This document shows positions 12,601-25,139 of a stretch of DNA of 64,000 nucleotides, one piece after another. Position 1 is the first letter of the stretch; each line of letters starts with the position of its first letter. A program made the translations under genes and the position numbers. Under the pieces are notes generated by a model. That model made no database searches and had not been told where the DNA came from. It saw only the letters and a list, made by a program, of their open reading frames with translations. The stretch covers positions 18,352,001 through 18,416,000 of the forward strand of contig OY740788.1 of the NCBI GenBank assembly GCA_963514005.1, read 5' to 3'. Source of the stretch: Raja brachyura (Eukaryota).

Positions 12601-14522
12601 TTTCTTGATTCCCCTACCTTGGCAAAAAGACTCTGTGCATTCACCCTATCTATTCCCCTCATTATTTTACACACCTTTGTAAAATCACCTCTCAGCCTGA
12701 ATTGATTGAGGTGATTGAAGTACCCAAACTCATCAAGCATTTAGACAAAATGAATATAGAAAGGTTGTGTCTGTGGGCAGAATTAAGGTCATTGCGAAAA
12801 GAACCTGGTGACACAATGATAAGATATTTCAAGCAATAAGTAATCATGATCTGGAATTCGTGCCTGAGAGGTTGTCAAAGTGGATTTAGTCATTGGTTTC
12901 AAAAGAGAATTGGATAGATACTTAATGAAAAAATAATTTCAAGGCAACTTAAAGAGCTGGGGAATGGAACCTGCAGAGATCCAGGAAGGGATTGATGGGA
13001 TAAATGATCTCATTCCAATGAAGTGATAATTCAAGCATTTTTTATTCTATTTCTTGTTTATTTGTGGTCCAAGCAATAAGTAGAAGAATCAATAGTTCAA
13101 TGCTTCAATGGTGCTTTATTGTCATTTGTACCTAAGTACAGGCCTTTTTTTTTTGCATTCCGGTTAATGACAATCCTAATATATATTCGGCACAATCATA
13201 CCAAATATTAGAGTGTAAGATAGTAGACCACACTGAGTCAGTATACTAGAGTTGCCACATTTTAGGCATCATCTTGTACCCTTCCAGTCAGATTTTTTTA
13301 AATGAGTGTTAGAGTCTTAACTTGGACATAAAGGCCTGTTCTGCTGGCAGTGGCTCTGGGTTAGTGTAACAGCGGTCGGCCTGGCCACACGATGTGTCGA
13401 TGTCCATCACTCCACTGCTCCATCACTCTGTGCCGCTCCGTTCCGTGTGCTCAGCCACAAAAGAGCAGCGTCCGATCTAATGGAGCCCCAGGTTGCTTCA
13501 GTCCCTCCAGCGGCCCACTCCACCAACTCAACCACTCGTCATCTACCCACGAACACGCTGTCAAGACATTAGGTCTACGGTAGACCAGTAACTATCCCGC
13601 AATCACTCATAATGAAAAACAGTGACATCTGAAAATCAGAAAAAACAAACTGTAGATGCTGGAAATGTGCATTAAAAACTGAAAATGCTGAAAACACTCA
13701 ACGGGTCAGGCAGCATCTGTGGGAAGAGAAACAGCTAATATTTAAGGTTCAAGATAAGGTAATCCTTTTATTGCAGGGGAAGCCTTGTGGGAGGGAAGCG
13801 CCCTAAAGATCTTTTCCTGCACCCATCAATTCAAAATTGTTTTTGGCCTCAACTTGATGAAATTGTGAACTGACATTGGTGATGCAAGACCACTGGGCAC
13901 TGGAACCAAAAGAGCAGTGAAATCAACAATCCATCTCCATCAGGTTATAACGATGAGACTTACCAACTGAGGAAAATGCAGGGACAGCTGAAGAGAGTGA
14001 ATTGGAGAGAGTAAACTGTAATGAGAAAGAAAGATTGGTTTAAGAACAGAAAGAAAAACTATTAGTGTGGACGGATGAAGTGCAAATGAGCAGAAGTATA
14101 AAGACTAGATTTATTTTAAATCTCAAAACGGAATTTAATCTGGCAGAATTAGACTGAATAATTTACCCCCTTTTAATGAGATAGAATCATTAATTGATCT
14201 ATACAGCACAAAACAGGCTTTTCAACCAAGTTGGCACATTGGACCAGTCCCATTTGCCTGCATTTGGCCCATTGCCCTCTAAACCCTCCTATCCATATAT
14301 CTGTCCTAGTGTCTTTAATAAAGAGATTTGTTGACATTGCATTTTCAAAATCACATTATTAAAGGGAGACTTACGTATTAATTATGAGGCCTAAATTTCC
14401 ACAGAGATTAGTGGCTAATTAATTTGCAATTTTTGCAAGCTAATAAAAATAAGTGCGCTGGACAGATTTCTGTTTGTACAGGGCAGACGGTAAACTAGCC
14501 AATACTTCAGGGAGGTTTGTAA

Positions 14523-15106
14523 AGGGACTGTCCCACTGCGGCGACCTAATTCGCGAGTTTAGGAGAGTTTGAAAAAATGTCATGTTGAAGACCTCCTTCG
14601 ACTATGGAGAAGACCTCCTTCGACATCCTTCGACATCCTTTGACTATGTTGAAGTCCAGCTTCGACTAGCTTCGACTAGCTTTGGGAAAATTGGACACCG
14701 AATAGTGGAGAGTGAAGGCGACCTCCTTCGATCTCCTTCGACCTCCCTTCGACCTCCCTTCGACTATAATGAAGACTATCTACGACTACCTTTGATTACC
14801 TTTGGCTACCCTCGATTACCTACGACTAACATGCCGACCTACTACAACCTACTTCGACTAAACCTATGAGTAAAAAAAAAATCAATTTTTTTCCATGGAG
14901 ACCTTTTTTTACTCGCTGGCACTTTTCAACACGTTGAAAAATATGGCGTGACCTACCTGAGGCCTCGAGTACACGGGGACCACTCTCGAGCACGAAGGAG
15001 AGATACAAAGACCTCCTACGACCTCATGTCGACCATGCTGCAAGTATGAGTCGAGGGCAAACTAGCCAGAACTCGTGGATTAGGTCACCGCAGTGGGACA
15101 GCCCCT
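14523..15106. mobile_element. Harbinger-like MITE (family 2, CTTCGAC arrays)
   Basis: TIRs AGGGACTGTCCCACT / AGTGGGACAGCCCCT; TSD TAA/TAA; paralog at 52465-53493. Confidence 0.85.
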
Positions 15107-15307
15107 TAACTCTACAACTTCTGAAACTGGTGGCAAATTTGTGCATTAATAATTAACTACTTTACAGGAATAGAAGAAGGCACATCAGTACCTCAGCTTG
15201 CTCTGCCATTCAACATGACCAAGGCAGGTCTGATCTTAGTTACCACTCCACTTTCCTGGTCTCTCCCATCACCCCTGGAGTTCCTTGATGTCTGTCATTC
15301 TTTTGAA

Positions 15308-15737
15308 TAGAAACATAGAAACATAGAAACATAGAAAATAGGTGCAGGAGTAGGCCATTCGGCCCTTCGAGCCTGCACCGCCATTCAATGTGACCATGGC
15401 TGATCATCCAACTCAGTATCCCGTACCTGCCTTCTCTCCATACCCCCTGATCCCTTTAGCCACAAGTGCCACATCTAAAGCCCTCTTAAATATAGCCAAT
15501 GAACTGGCCTCAACTACCTTCTGTGGCAGAGAATTCCAGAGACTCACGACTCTCTGTGTAAAGAATGTTTTCCTCATTTCGGTCCTAAAGGAATTCCCCC
15601 TTATCCTTAGACTGTGACCCCTTGTTCTGGATTCCCCCAACATCGGGAACAATCTTCCAGCATCTAGCTTGTCCAACCCCTTAAGAATTTTGTAAGTTTC
15701 TATAAGATCCCCCCTCAATCTTCTAAATTCCAGCGAA
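15308..15737 (-). mobile_element. CR1 3' fragment
   Basis: [23 protein letters not shown]; (AGAAACAT)n tail. Confidence 0.9.
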
Positions 15738-17124
15738 TATATTCAAGGTCTCCATCACCATCACTTTCTGGAGTAGGAATCAACCGAGTGAACCTAATTT
15801 GTGCTGCTGCTGCTAATACAGCTTTTACTTTGATATACTAGAGTGCATGCTTGTCATGTGTGAGGCCCTGGGTTCATTTCCCAGCATCTTCTTACTTTTT
15901 ACTTCTTGCACTATGGCCTGATTGTTCTTGTGTATAATATGATTTGGCCAGATAGCATTCAAAGTTTTTCAAGGTATCTCGGTACACATGACAATAGTAA
16001 ATCCATACCAACACCATTCGTTGACCACATCCACTGGCCATTACCAAACCACCTGATGGTAAGAAGCAAAAAAGCTGTCTCCTGCAATGCGGTGACAGCT
16101 GGAATAGCAAGGCTTCAGGGCAGAGTAGGCCTCAAGTGATTTATTGCTGAGACCTTTGGCAGGAAGGAAGTTTAGGAAAATCTTAACCAAAGGATACAAA
16201 GGATACAAAGGATACAAAGGATACAAAGGACATTTATTATCACATATACCAATTGGTGTAGTGAAATTTGACTTGCCATGCAGCACACAAATAAAGATAA
16301 GACACAACATTAAAGAATTTAATAATAAAAATGAAATCATCCTCCCACAATAATAAATAAAAACATCCCCCCACAGAGGCGCTCCAATTCTTCCCTATGG
16401 CATTGGAAAAGAGCACAACTTGGAGTCGCTAGCATGTGCAGCCTGTTTGGGGAAGGAGGATACCAGCAGAGCATCGATTTGCACGGCTAGTCCTGGCAGC
16501 TGCTGTAGGCAGCGACCTGACAACCCCAACTCAGTGTGAGTGCCAAGCCTGGGGTGTCAATGTCAGACAAGTTTGCGTCTCATCGCAATCCAACAATGCT
16601 CCTTTTTAAGGCATGTCAGGCAGCAACACCTAGTAAAGGGTTGCAAAATTCCTCCCACTCAAGGATCGGAGTGGTCAAGAGAGTGCTACAGGAGGATGCA
16701 CATGTGCCTGAAGCAACACCTGGTTGCAGGGTTGCCATTCCTCCCACTTGGTGCACCACAGTCGTCGAGATAGTGCTAAAATACATGCACCCATGCCTGA
16801 GGCGACACCTAGTAAAGGGTTGCCAAAAATGTTTTTAAACTGGAGTAAGAATCCGTTTGGTGCCATTTTCTTTCCTAGTAGCACCATGGACAAAACGGGA
16901 AAGGGGAAAAGGCGAGCTGGAGTTGTAGATAGCCGCGGGAGTATGGGCTGTGAACGGCTGCCTCATACCCTGCACAGTCAACGGCAGAAAGCGAGGCGAC
17001 TGCAGACTTGGTGCTACAAAGCACGGAGCCAGCACCAGTCGGGCGCAAGGCAACACACAAGTCTGCCAGGCTCACGGAATCGGGTGAAGATTCCCCTCCG
17101 TGGCTGGATAGCGTTTTGAACAGA

Positions 17125-18198
17125 GCTACAACAGAGTTATGGTTTACATTCAAATATTTTTTTTTGATATCTACAACTCAGAGATTATGTCAAATCACAT
17201 ACACAAGATTATAGGAATAAGGAACCAGAAATCCTTGATGAATGTTTGAATAAGCATCCAAATACAGAAACACTAACAACTTATATTTATAATACCCTTT
17301 TAGATAGCGAGATACCATCAACGGAATCATATAGACATACATGGGAAAATGAAATAAACCAACCCATAACGAAAGATATATGGGACAAAAGTTTACAATA
17401 TATACACCAATGCTTGTTAAATACCAGACATGCTTTAATACAATTTGCATAGATTACATTACTCAAAAGTTAAATTGAATAGAATCTTCCCACAGGTCTC
17501 CTCCATATGCGGTAAATGTCAGCATCCAGAGGCTAATTTAACACATACATTTGCAAATTGTATAAAAATTAAGAATTTCTGGACTGAGATTTTTAAAATA
17601 ACTTCTGAAGTCATTAATACTAAATTGGATCCGGACTCAAAATTGATAATACTTGGAATATCAGAACAAACTTTAACACTTACAACAAGTCAAAGAAATT
17701 TCCTAGATTACATAATAATATTGGGAAGAAATTAATATTAAAATTTTGGAAAGGCCCTATATCCCCCACAATTAAAATGTGGATTACGGAAATGTCGGAG
17801 ACCCTACACCTGGAAAGAATCAGATTTGCCCTAATGGACAAACAAGAAGTTTTTGTTAGAATATGGTCTTCTTTCATTGATTACTTAAAAGGGTAGATCG
17901 GTTCAGCAGGGAACCCTAACTGAAACTTGGACTCAGGATTAGATGAAAAGTTATATTCTATATTCCTTGATCTTATCTCCAATGATTATTAATGGTAAAT
18001 TATTCCATTCTTTATGATTTCTTTTTGATTTTTATTTTATTTTTCTCTCTGTTTATCAAAAAAAAATTATTAGAGACAAAATGATTCATTTGATAATATT
18101 AATAATTTATGATTGTTGTGCACAAAATATTGCTATCATAATATGTGTTTGCTAATTCACTGCTTACCTACTCTAATAAAAATATATATTTAAAAAAA
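17125..18198 (+). mobile_element. 5'-truncated L1-clade LINE
   Basis: CCHC knuckle CGKCQHPEANLTHTFANC; AATAAA and A-rich tail. Confidence 0.88.
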
Positions 18199-18453
18199 TT
18201 AATAATAATATGGGGTCAGATGGGCGTGGACATGCGTGCCCAAGAAATAAAGCTGCAGAGGATCCTGGAGCTGTTGGGCTTGGGAATCACAACGTTCGCT
18301 AGAACAATGGATGGATGGCATGTGTCAGGGACACATCAAGAGGCACTAGGGTTGCTGTGCAGTGCCCATTTCGAAATTAACTATCTCAGGAAAAGTGCTA
18401 TTAAGCCCACCATCAACCCCAAGTTTGCAGCGTTCTGCAAGCCCACCAATGTA

Positions 18454-19009
18454 CAGTGGCTTGCAAAAGTTTTCATACCCCTTGAACTTTTCCACATTTT
18501 GTCACGTTACAATCACAAAACGTAAATGTATTTTATTGGGATTATATGAGATAGTCCAACACAAAATGGTGCATAATTGTGAAGTGGAAGGAAAATGATA
18601 CATGGTTTCCAAATTTTATTAGAAATAAAAAACTGAAAAGTATGGCGTGCAAAAGTATTCTGCCCCCCTGAGTCAATACTTTGTAGAACCACCATTCGCA
18701 GCAATTACAGCTACAAGTCTTTTGGGGTATGCCTCTACCAGCTTTGCACATCTATAGACTGAAAATTTTGCCCATTCTTCTTTGCAAAATAGCTCAAGCT
18801 CAGTCAGATTGGATGGAGAGCCTCTGTGAACAGCAATTTTCAAGTCTTGTCAGAGATTCTCAATTGGATTTTCCTTTCACTTCACAATTATGCGCCACTT
18901 TGTGTTGGTCTATCACATAAAATCCCAATAAAATACATTTACGTTTGTGGTTGTAACATGACAAAATGTGGAAAAGTTCAAGGGGTATGAAAACTTTTGC
19001 AAGCCACTG
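18454..19009 (-). mobile_element. Internally deleted Tc1 transposon
   Basis: TA|CAGTGGCTTGCAAAAG..CTTTTGCAAGCCACTG|TA; about 140 bp of matching TIR; transposase C-terminus NPIENL*QDLK..CAKLVEAYPKRLVAVIAANGGSTKY* on -. Confidence 0.95.
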
Positions 19010-19390
19010 TATAACCACCCAACTTACTCTTTGGAGAAGACCTCGCGAAACGCGTCAATGAGATAGATGAAGAGGCAAAAACGGTGGGCTTGATTAAGAC
19101 AATGATGATGACTGGCAAACCAGTAAAGAGGAGATATCCCTACAGGTTCTGGGTCTACACCAGGAACAAGCCGGCCATTGATGCAGGGGCACAGTTGGAG
19201 CTCTGCAGTGGGAACACGAACAAATGTGGGGGTTCCCGCCAGGAACAGGGAACAGCAGGTCACACCAGTTACCAAGGAGGATTTTTAGAAGGCCATATCT
19301 GTGGCGAGGATTGTCTGGGTGAACTGTGGACATGCTCACTGCAGCTTGGAGAATGAATACTCAAAATCAGTATATTTATTACGTTAAAAA

Positions 19391-20230
19391 ATGGGAGGTT
19401 TCTGTGTACAAAATAATATTGACTATTGTACAGCAGGTATTTTGCATGTTCTAGAATTCCTGTCAACACTCTACTACGATGAGGGGCTGAGTTATAGTGC
19501 AATCAATTCAGCCAGAAGTGCTTTGTCTTCATACTTATTGATGGGGTCAGATGAACATCCTATTGGGTCTCATCCTCTTGTTTCTCGATTGATGAAAGGA
19601 AGTTTTAACTCCAGACCCCCTAAACCCAGCTATATGGCAATCTAGGATGTAAGTGTGGTCCTCAAGCTACTTCATCAGTGGACCCCTGTCACATCTCTGC
19701 CTTTGGCCAAAATCACCATGAAGGTAGTCATGCCAATGGCACTGGTTTCAGCACAACGAGTGCAGACATTACAAAAAACTGCAGCTAGACAGAATGGAAG
19801 TGGCTGCAGACAATGTTACGTTCTACATTTATGACCTCCTAAAACAAAGCAGGCCAGGTGTGACAGGGTTCAAGATTGTATTTTCAGCATATCCCTCGAA
19901 TCTATCTCTATGTGTAAAGACATATTTGCTGCAATACATTGCAGCTACCATGGTCTTGCGTAACATGCAAACAGGTTATTTATCAGTTACAAGAAGCCAC
20001 ATAAGAGAGTGTCAGTTCAGACTATCTCGAGGTGGTTGAAACAAGTATTGGTTGATGCAGCTATTAACACTGATGTTTCACATCTCATTCCACTAGCGCA
20101 GCAGCAACGTCGATGGCAAGGGTGATGGACGTGCCCATTGACAATATATTTGGCAGCTGCCTGGTTTGGTCAAATAAGTTGGGTTTCTACCTTCGGCCGA
20201 TTGCCGATCCGGCGCTGTTTGCCGATACTA
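19391..20230 (+). pseudogene. DIRS tyrosine recombinase, disrupted
   Basis: ORFs 19391-19645 and 19794-20039 plus downstream SHST motif; stops and frameshifts. Confidence 0.8.
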
Positions 20231-20826
20231 TTTTAAGTTCTGTTTAAGTTCCCTCTGGGTGGAGGGGTACTGTTGTTTTTGTTATTCAAATAACTTGTTA
20301 CTGTATTTAAATGCAATTTCAACATTAATGCATTAATGATTATTTTCTCATTCCGAGTCAATAAATGCAGTGAGAAGCTGGGATTTGAATCTGCGGCATG
20401 AAATCCGAAAGCTTCGAACCCTTCACAGTATCACTCACGTAACTCCGAAGTAAAATAGTAAGATTAAACGAGAACTTACCAGTTTGAAGTTTGATCTTTA
20501 TTTTATGAAGAGTTACGTTGGTGATTACGTGCCCTCCACGCCTAACCCTCTCTCACAAAGGTCATCTGGTAGTTCTCAAGTTGCTCATCTTACTATGTTA
20601 CTTCAATAAATGTTATTTGTGATTTCATACCGCTGCTTTGAAGATCGACGTGCATGCGCACTGGCGGGGTTCTTCACGTAATCACCAACGTAACTCCTCA
20701 TAAAATAAAGACCAAACTTCAAACTGGTAAGTTCTCATTTAATCTTACTATTTTAATTAAATAATGAAATAAAAGATATTCAAAAAGCATACCTTAATAA
20801 TAAAATTAAACAGATTAAAACTGTAA

Positions 20827-21271
20827 GATATATCCCCACAATTAAAATGTGGATTACGGAAATGTCGGAGACCCTACACCTGGAAAGAATCAGATTTGCC
20901 CTAATGGACAAACAAGAAGTTTTCATTAGAATATGGTCTTCTTTCATTGATTACTTAAAGGGTTAGATCGGTTCGGCAGGGAACCCTAACTGAAACTTGG
21001 ACTCAGGATTAGATGAAAAGTTATATTCTATATTCCTTGATCTTATCTCCAGTGTTGTATTAATGGCAAATTATTCCATTCTTTATGATTTCTTTTTGAT
21101 TTTTATTTTATTTTTCTCTCTGTTTATCAAAAAAAAATTATTAGAGACAAAATGATTTATTTGATAATATTAATAATGTATGATTGTTGTATACGAAATA
21201 TTGCTATCATAATATGTGTTTGCTAATTCACTGCTTACCTACTCTAATAAAAATATATATTAAAAAAAAAA
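20827..21271 (+). mobile_element. Short L1 3' end with poly(A)
   Basis: Near-identical to 17761-18198; TSD AAAACTGTAA (20817-20826 / 21272-21281). Confidence 0.9.
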
Positions 21272-22081
21272 AAAACTGTAAATAAATAAGGTGGTGGAGT
21301 ACGGGCCAGGTGGAGAGTGCGCTGCCTAGAATAAAGGGGAACCAGGTGTGGGGAGACCATTGAGTGAACAAAGAGAGACCATTGGAGACTAAATGTAATA
21401 CTTTGTAACTTCGTCTGTGCCCTCTACGTGGTGATGCTTTGCATACTTGTGCAAACACAACAAAGAATCTCACTGGGACTTGTCACATGTGACAATAAAG
21501 TATCATTCATTCAAATAAAATAAGAAAAAAAACATGAACATACATGCCTATTCCCAATCAATCCCCAGGATCAGGAATCTCCATTGCAATGAAAGTTTTT
21601 GTCATTCAGTGCCAGGTCGGGCTGGCAGAGGATGGCAGTGACAAATTCTCCTTCACAATGCTGAGGAACCATGGCATGATTGGACTCCATTACTGGATTC
21701 CACATGGTAACCAGCAAAGGAGCAGACTGACCAGCGCAAAAGCAACCATTGCTCTGCACATTCTAATTTACAGTGGACAGACACACAGTGCTGGAGTAAC
21801 TCAGCGGGACAGACAACATCTCTGGAGAAAAGGAATGGGTGATGTTTCGGGTCGAGACCCTTCTTCTGACTCGTGGGAGAGGGAGATACAGAGCTAAGGA
21901 AGTGTAAGGTATGAGAACAAATATTGAAAACAGTATGAGTACTGACTTCTCTAGCTACAAGTAACCCTTGCTTTCCCTCTCTTTCCATCCATCCCCCTTC
22001 AGAGTTTTCCAACCAGTCTGACTGTCCCCCAATTACATTTAATCTCTGTTTGCTTTGTTGTCAACTTCTCCTAGTTGACAA

Positions 22082-23509
22082 TCTATCCTATTACTAAAAC
22101 TCTCATCTTGACCACTTCTGGTCTGCATTGTAATTAAATTTTCCCAAAAACGATCCCCCATAGCGCTATGATTTTTTGCCGCCTTACTTGCCATTCATCT
22201 CTGCTGTAAGTCAAATAAGTTTTGTTCCGATCGGTGATATAATACAAAAGTTATGAAGGTTTAAAAATCGTAAAAACCGCCCCTTCCAGAATCCACTGTC
22301 AATAACGCGAAGAGGAGGATAAAAAGCTGAAGGTGCAGAGTATGTTGAGCAGCTCGTGGAGAGTGAGCAGCTCGCAGAGAGTCAGCAGCCCGCGGGCTGC
22401 TTCTGCGCTGACCAGCTGCTGAGTTGAACCGGAAGCCTCTGAGTGAAGCCGGAGTGAGACCTGGATCTGCTGCGTGAAGCCAAAAGCTGAAGGTGCGGGG
22501 TGAGCAGAGTGCGAGCCCCCCTCCCCACACCCCCCTTCCCCCCACCCCCCCTTTCCCCATACCCATTTGTCCCACTGCCTTTCCCCACACCCCCCCTTTT
22601 CCCACCCCCCGCTCCCCACACCTCCCTTCCCCAACCCCTCTTCCCCCACCCCCACCCTTCCCCACACCCCCCTTCCCCACCCCCTCCCCACACCTCCCTT
22701 CCCCCCACCCCCCATTTTCCCCATACCCATTTGTCCCACCCCCTTTCCTCACACCCCTGCCTTTCCCCACCCCCCGCTCCCCACACCTCCCTTCCACACA
22801 CCCCTCTTCCCCCACCCCCACCCTTCCCCACACCCCCCTTCCCCACCCCCTCCCCCACACACCCTCACCCCTCCCCCACCCTTCCCCACCCCCCTCCCCA
22901 CACCCCCCTTCCCCCCCTTTCCCCATACCCATTTGTTGAGCCCCTTTCCCCATACCCCCCCTTTTCCCACTCCGCTCCCCACACCTCCCTTCCCCACACC
23001 CCTCTTCCCCCACCCCCACCCTTCCCCACACCCCCCTTCCCTCCCCCTCCCCCACAACCCCCTCCCCCACACCCCCTCGTCCCTCCCCCACCCTTCCCCA
23101 CCCCCTTCCACACAACCTCCTTCCCCACACCCCCCTCCCAACAACACCCCTTCCCCACAAACCCCCTCCCCCACACCCCCTCCCCCCTCCCCCTCCCCTT
23201 CCCCCACCCTTCCCCACACCCCCTTCCTCACCCCTCCCCCAAAACCCCCGACTTCCCACCCCCCTCCCCCACAACCCCTCCTCCGGTATACCTCCCTTCC
23301 CCACACACCCCCTCCCCCATCCTCAACTCCTCCTTCCCCACACCCCCCTTCCCCATTCCCTCCCCACACCAGTGGTGGAATATTGCTTTGGGGGAACGGG
23401 TTGTGTTGGGGAAACGGGTGAGTGGTGGAGTATCGCGTTGGGGAATGAGTTGCGTTGGGGGAACAGGCCTCCCGTGTGACTGGGACCCAACGGCTCCCAC
23501 TTAGTCTAG
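22082..23509 (+). mobile_element. Non-autonomous Helitron
   Basis: 5' TCTATCCTATTACTAAAACTCTCATCTTG; 3' hairpin TGGGACCCAACGGCTCCCA then CTAG; inserted between A and T with no TSD, host sequence continuous. Confidence 0.88.
22516..23370. repeat. C-rich minisatellite (G-tracts on -)
   Basis: CCTTCCCCACACCCCC-type units; higher-order marker CCCCATACCCATTTGT at about 22555, 22719, 22921. Confidence 0.95.
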
Positions 23510-24561
23510 TCTATTCTATATTTTCCTTGATCTATATCCCCTTTGTCTCATTTTCATGCCTTACACTACCTTATCTCTGTATCTCCCTCTCCCCCAACCC
23601 TCAGTCTGAAGAAGGGTCTTGACCCAAAACGTCACCCATTCCTTCTCTCCAGTGATGCTGCCTGTTCTGCTGAGTTACTCCAGCATTTTTTGTCTATCTT
23701 CAGTTTAAACCAGCATCTGCAGTTCCTTTCTGCTAATTTACAGTGGCCTGGGGAAGTCTGAATCTCAGCCTGGACTAGATGAACATTGATAGTTCCCTTC
23801 AGAATCACCAGCCACAGCCAGCTCTGCTCAGACCAATTGCCTTTCAGCAGCAGATATCTTTGAAGCAATTAAATAGTCTAAATCTATGATTATTTGAGCT
23901 TATGATATATAGTTTCACTAGAGATTAAAGATTCTTAAAAGAAACATTAAAAAAGTTACTAAATGGTAAGCACCTTACTCGAAAAGCAATTGAATTAAAT
24001 CAATTATTTAGCATGGGAAGAATAGTTATATTGATTACTTTAAGTTAATTTGGATGACTGTAATTAAATTACCAATTATACGTTACTGTTGTAATTGTCA
24101 TGGTTACTTTTATCTTGTAATTGCTACAAGCATTGAATATACTACTTGTCCGTAACCTCTGTGTAAATGAGACCCTATTTCAAATGAATTTAAATAAGCA
24201 ACATTTCAGCTACTACATCACTTTTAGTCCATTTAGGATAAATGCTTTACAATTTTCTTCATATTTTTCATCACGCAGTTTTGCATTCTACCCGTTAAAT
24301 TGGATTGAATTGTTTGATTACTTCAGCAAATTTATGATGTCAGTATTTCTCCCTACAATTGGGATGCAGAATATGGTCTGTCTCAGGATTTATTTACTAT
24401 CTCAGAAATGACCTCCAAACACAGGCTGTTCTCTCTATATCCATTAGTGTGTTAATTCTGTGGTCACATTGTGATTCTGTTTGTACTGGCTGTTCAACAT
24501 ATTAACATTGTCACACACATTCAACCTGCAGCAAGTCTTAAAGAATTAAAAATAGTTTTAA

Positions 24562-25139
24562 CTAGATCAACTGGGACCCGTTGGGTCCCTGTCACACGGG
24601 AGGCCTGGTCCCACAACGCAACCCGTTCCCCAACACAATATTGGACCACTAACCCGTAGCCCCCATGGGAGGCAAGGTTCCCCAACTGAAGGCGTTCCCG
24701 AACATAAGATTCCAGCACTCCCCTGCCTCCCTCAGCAGTGGACTTCAAAAATAAATTCCAATTCCACCTCACCTGCCTGCTGCAGCAGTTCCAATTGCAA
24801 TACCAATTGGCGCTCCCCCTCCTGTTGAATTTGCCCTCCCCCTCCTGTTGAACGACTAAGTTCATAGTGTTCCTGTCTTGCAACTTTGTATCGAAGTGTG
24901 CTGGAAGCTGTGAGGAATGATTTTAACAGTAAAAATCTTGTGGATTTTTAAAGCTTAAATTGCGAATAACATAACATTTAGGATAAAATCTTAAGTGAAC
25001 CTGATCACTGCCTGGAGGGGAAAAATGTGAATCAGAATATGTAAAAATCTTATCGTTACCGCGTAGTGTTTTTTGCGAAAATATGAAGACACACACATAT
25101 ACAAACATACAAGATGAGAGTTTTAGTTATATAGATAGA
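24562..25139 (-). mobile_element. Non-autonomous Helitron (related termini)
   Basis: - strand starts TCTATCTATATAACTAAAACTCTCATCTTG and ends GGGACCCAACGGGTCCC-AGTTGAT-CTAG. Confidence 0.88.

Larger units (their letters stand above)
16380..20754 (+). mobile_element. DIRS-like retroelement remnant (gag-like + tyrosine recombinase, no RT seen), interrupted by L1 and Tc1
   Basis: gag-like EIKLQRI..IKPTINPKFAAFCKP/LLFGEDL; YR-like LSYSAINSARSALS, TISRWLKQ, FTSHSTSAAATS; ICR/right-ITR arms 20452-20531 / 20675-20754. Left boundary uncertain, left ITR not found. Confidence 0.8.
21775..23735. mobile_element. Penelope-like pLTR pair in inverted arrangement, host of a Helitron
   Basis: 21775-21920 is the reverse complement of about 23545-23700; + copy runs 21945-22081 and resumes at 23510. 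Confidence 0.7.

Noticed and set aside
14582-14869. Repetitive 95-aa ORF
   Set aside because: Product of the CTTCGAC array within a MITE.
19391-20230. Phage or bacterial integrase (contamination or HGT)
   Set aside because: Adjacent gag-like ORF and ICR/ITR structure identify a DIRS retroelement.
17761-21271. Direct repeats as LTRs of one element
   Set aside because: They are L1 ORF2/3' UTR ends with A tails, lack TG..CA, and one has its own TSD.
22261-23504. Long Gly-rich and Pro-rich ORFs (up to 347 aa) in many frames
   Set aside because: Stop-free by composition of the C-rich minisatellite inside a Helitron; not a collagen or extensin gene.
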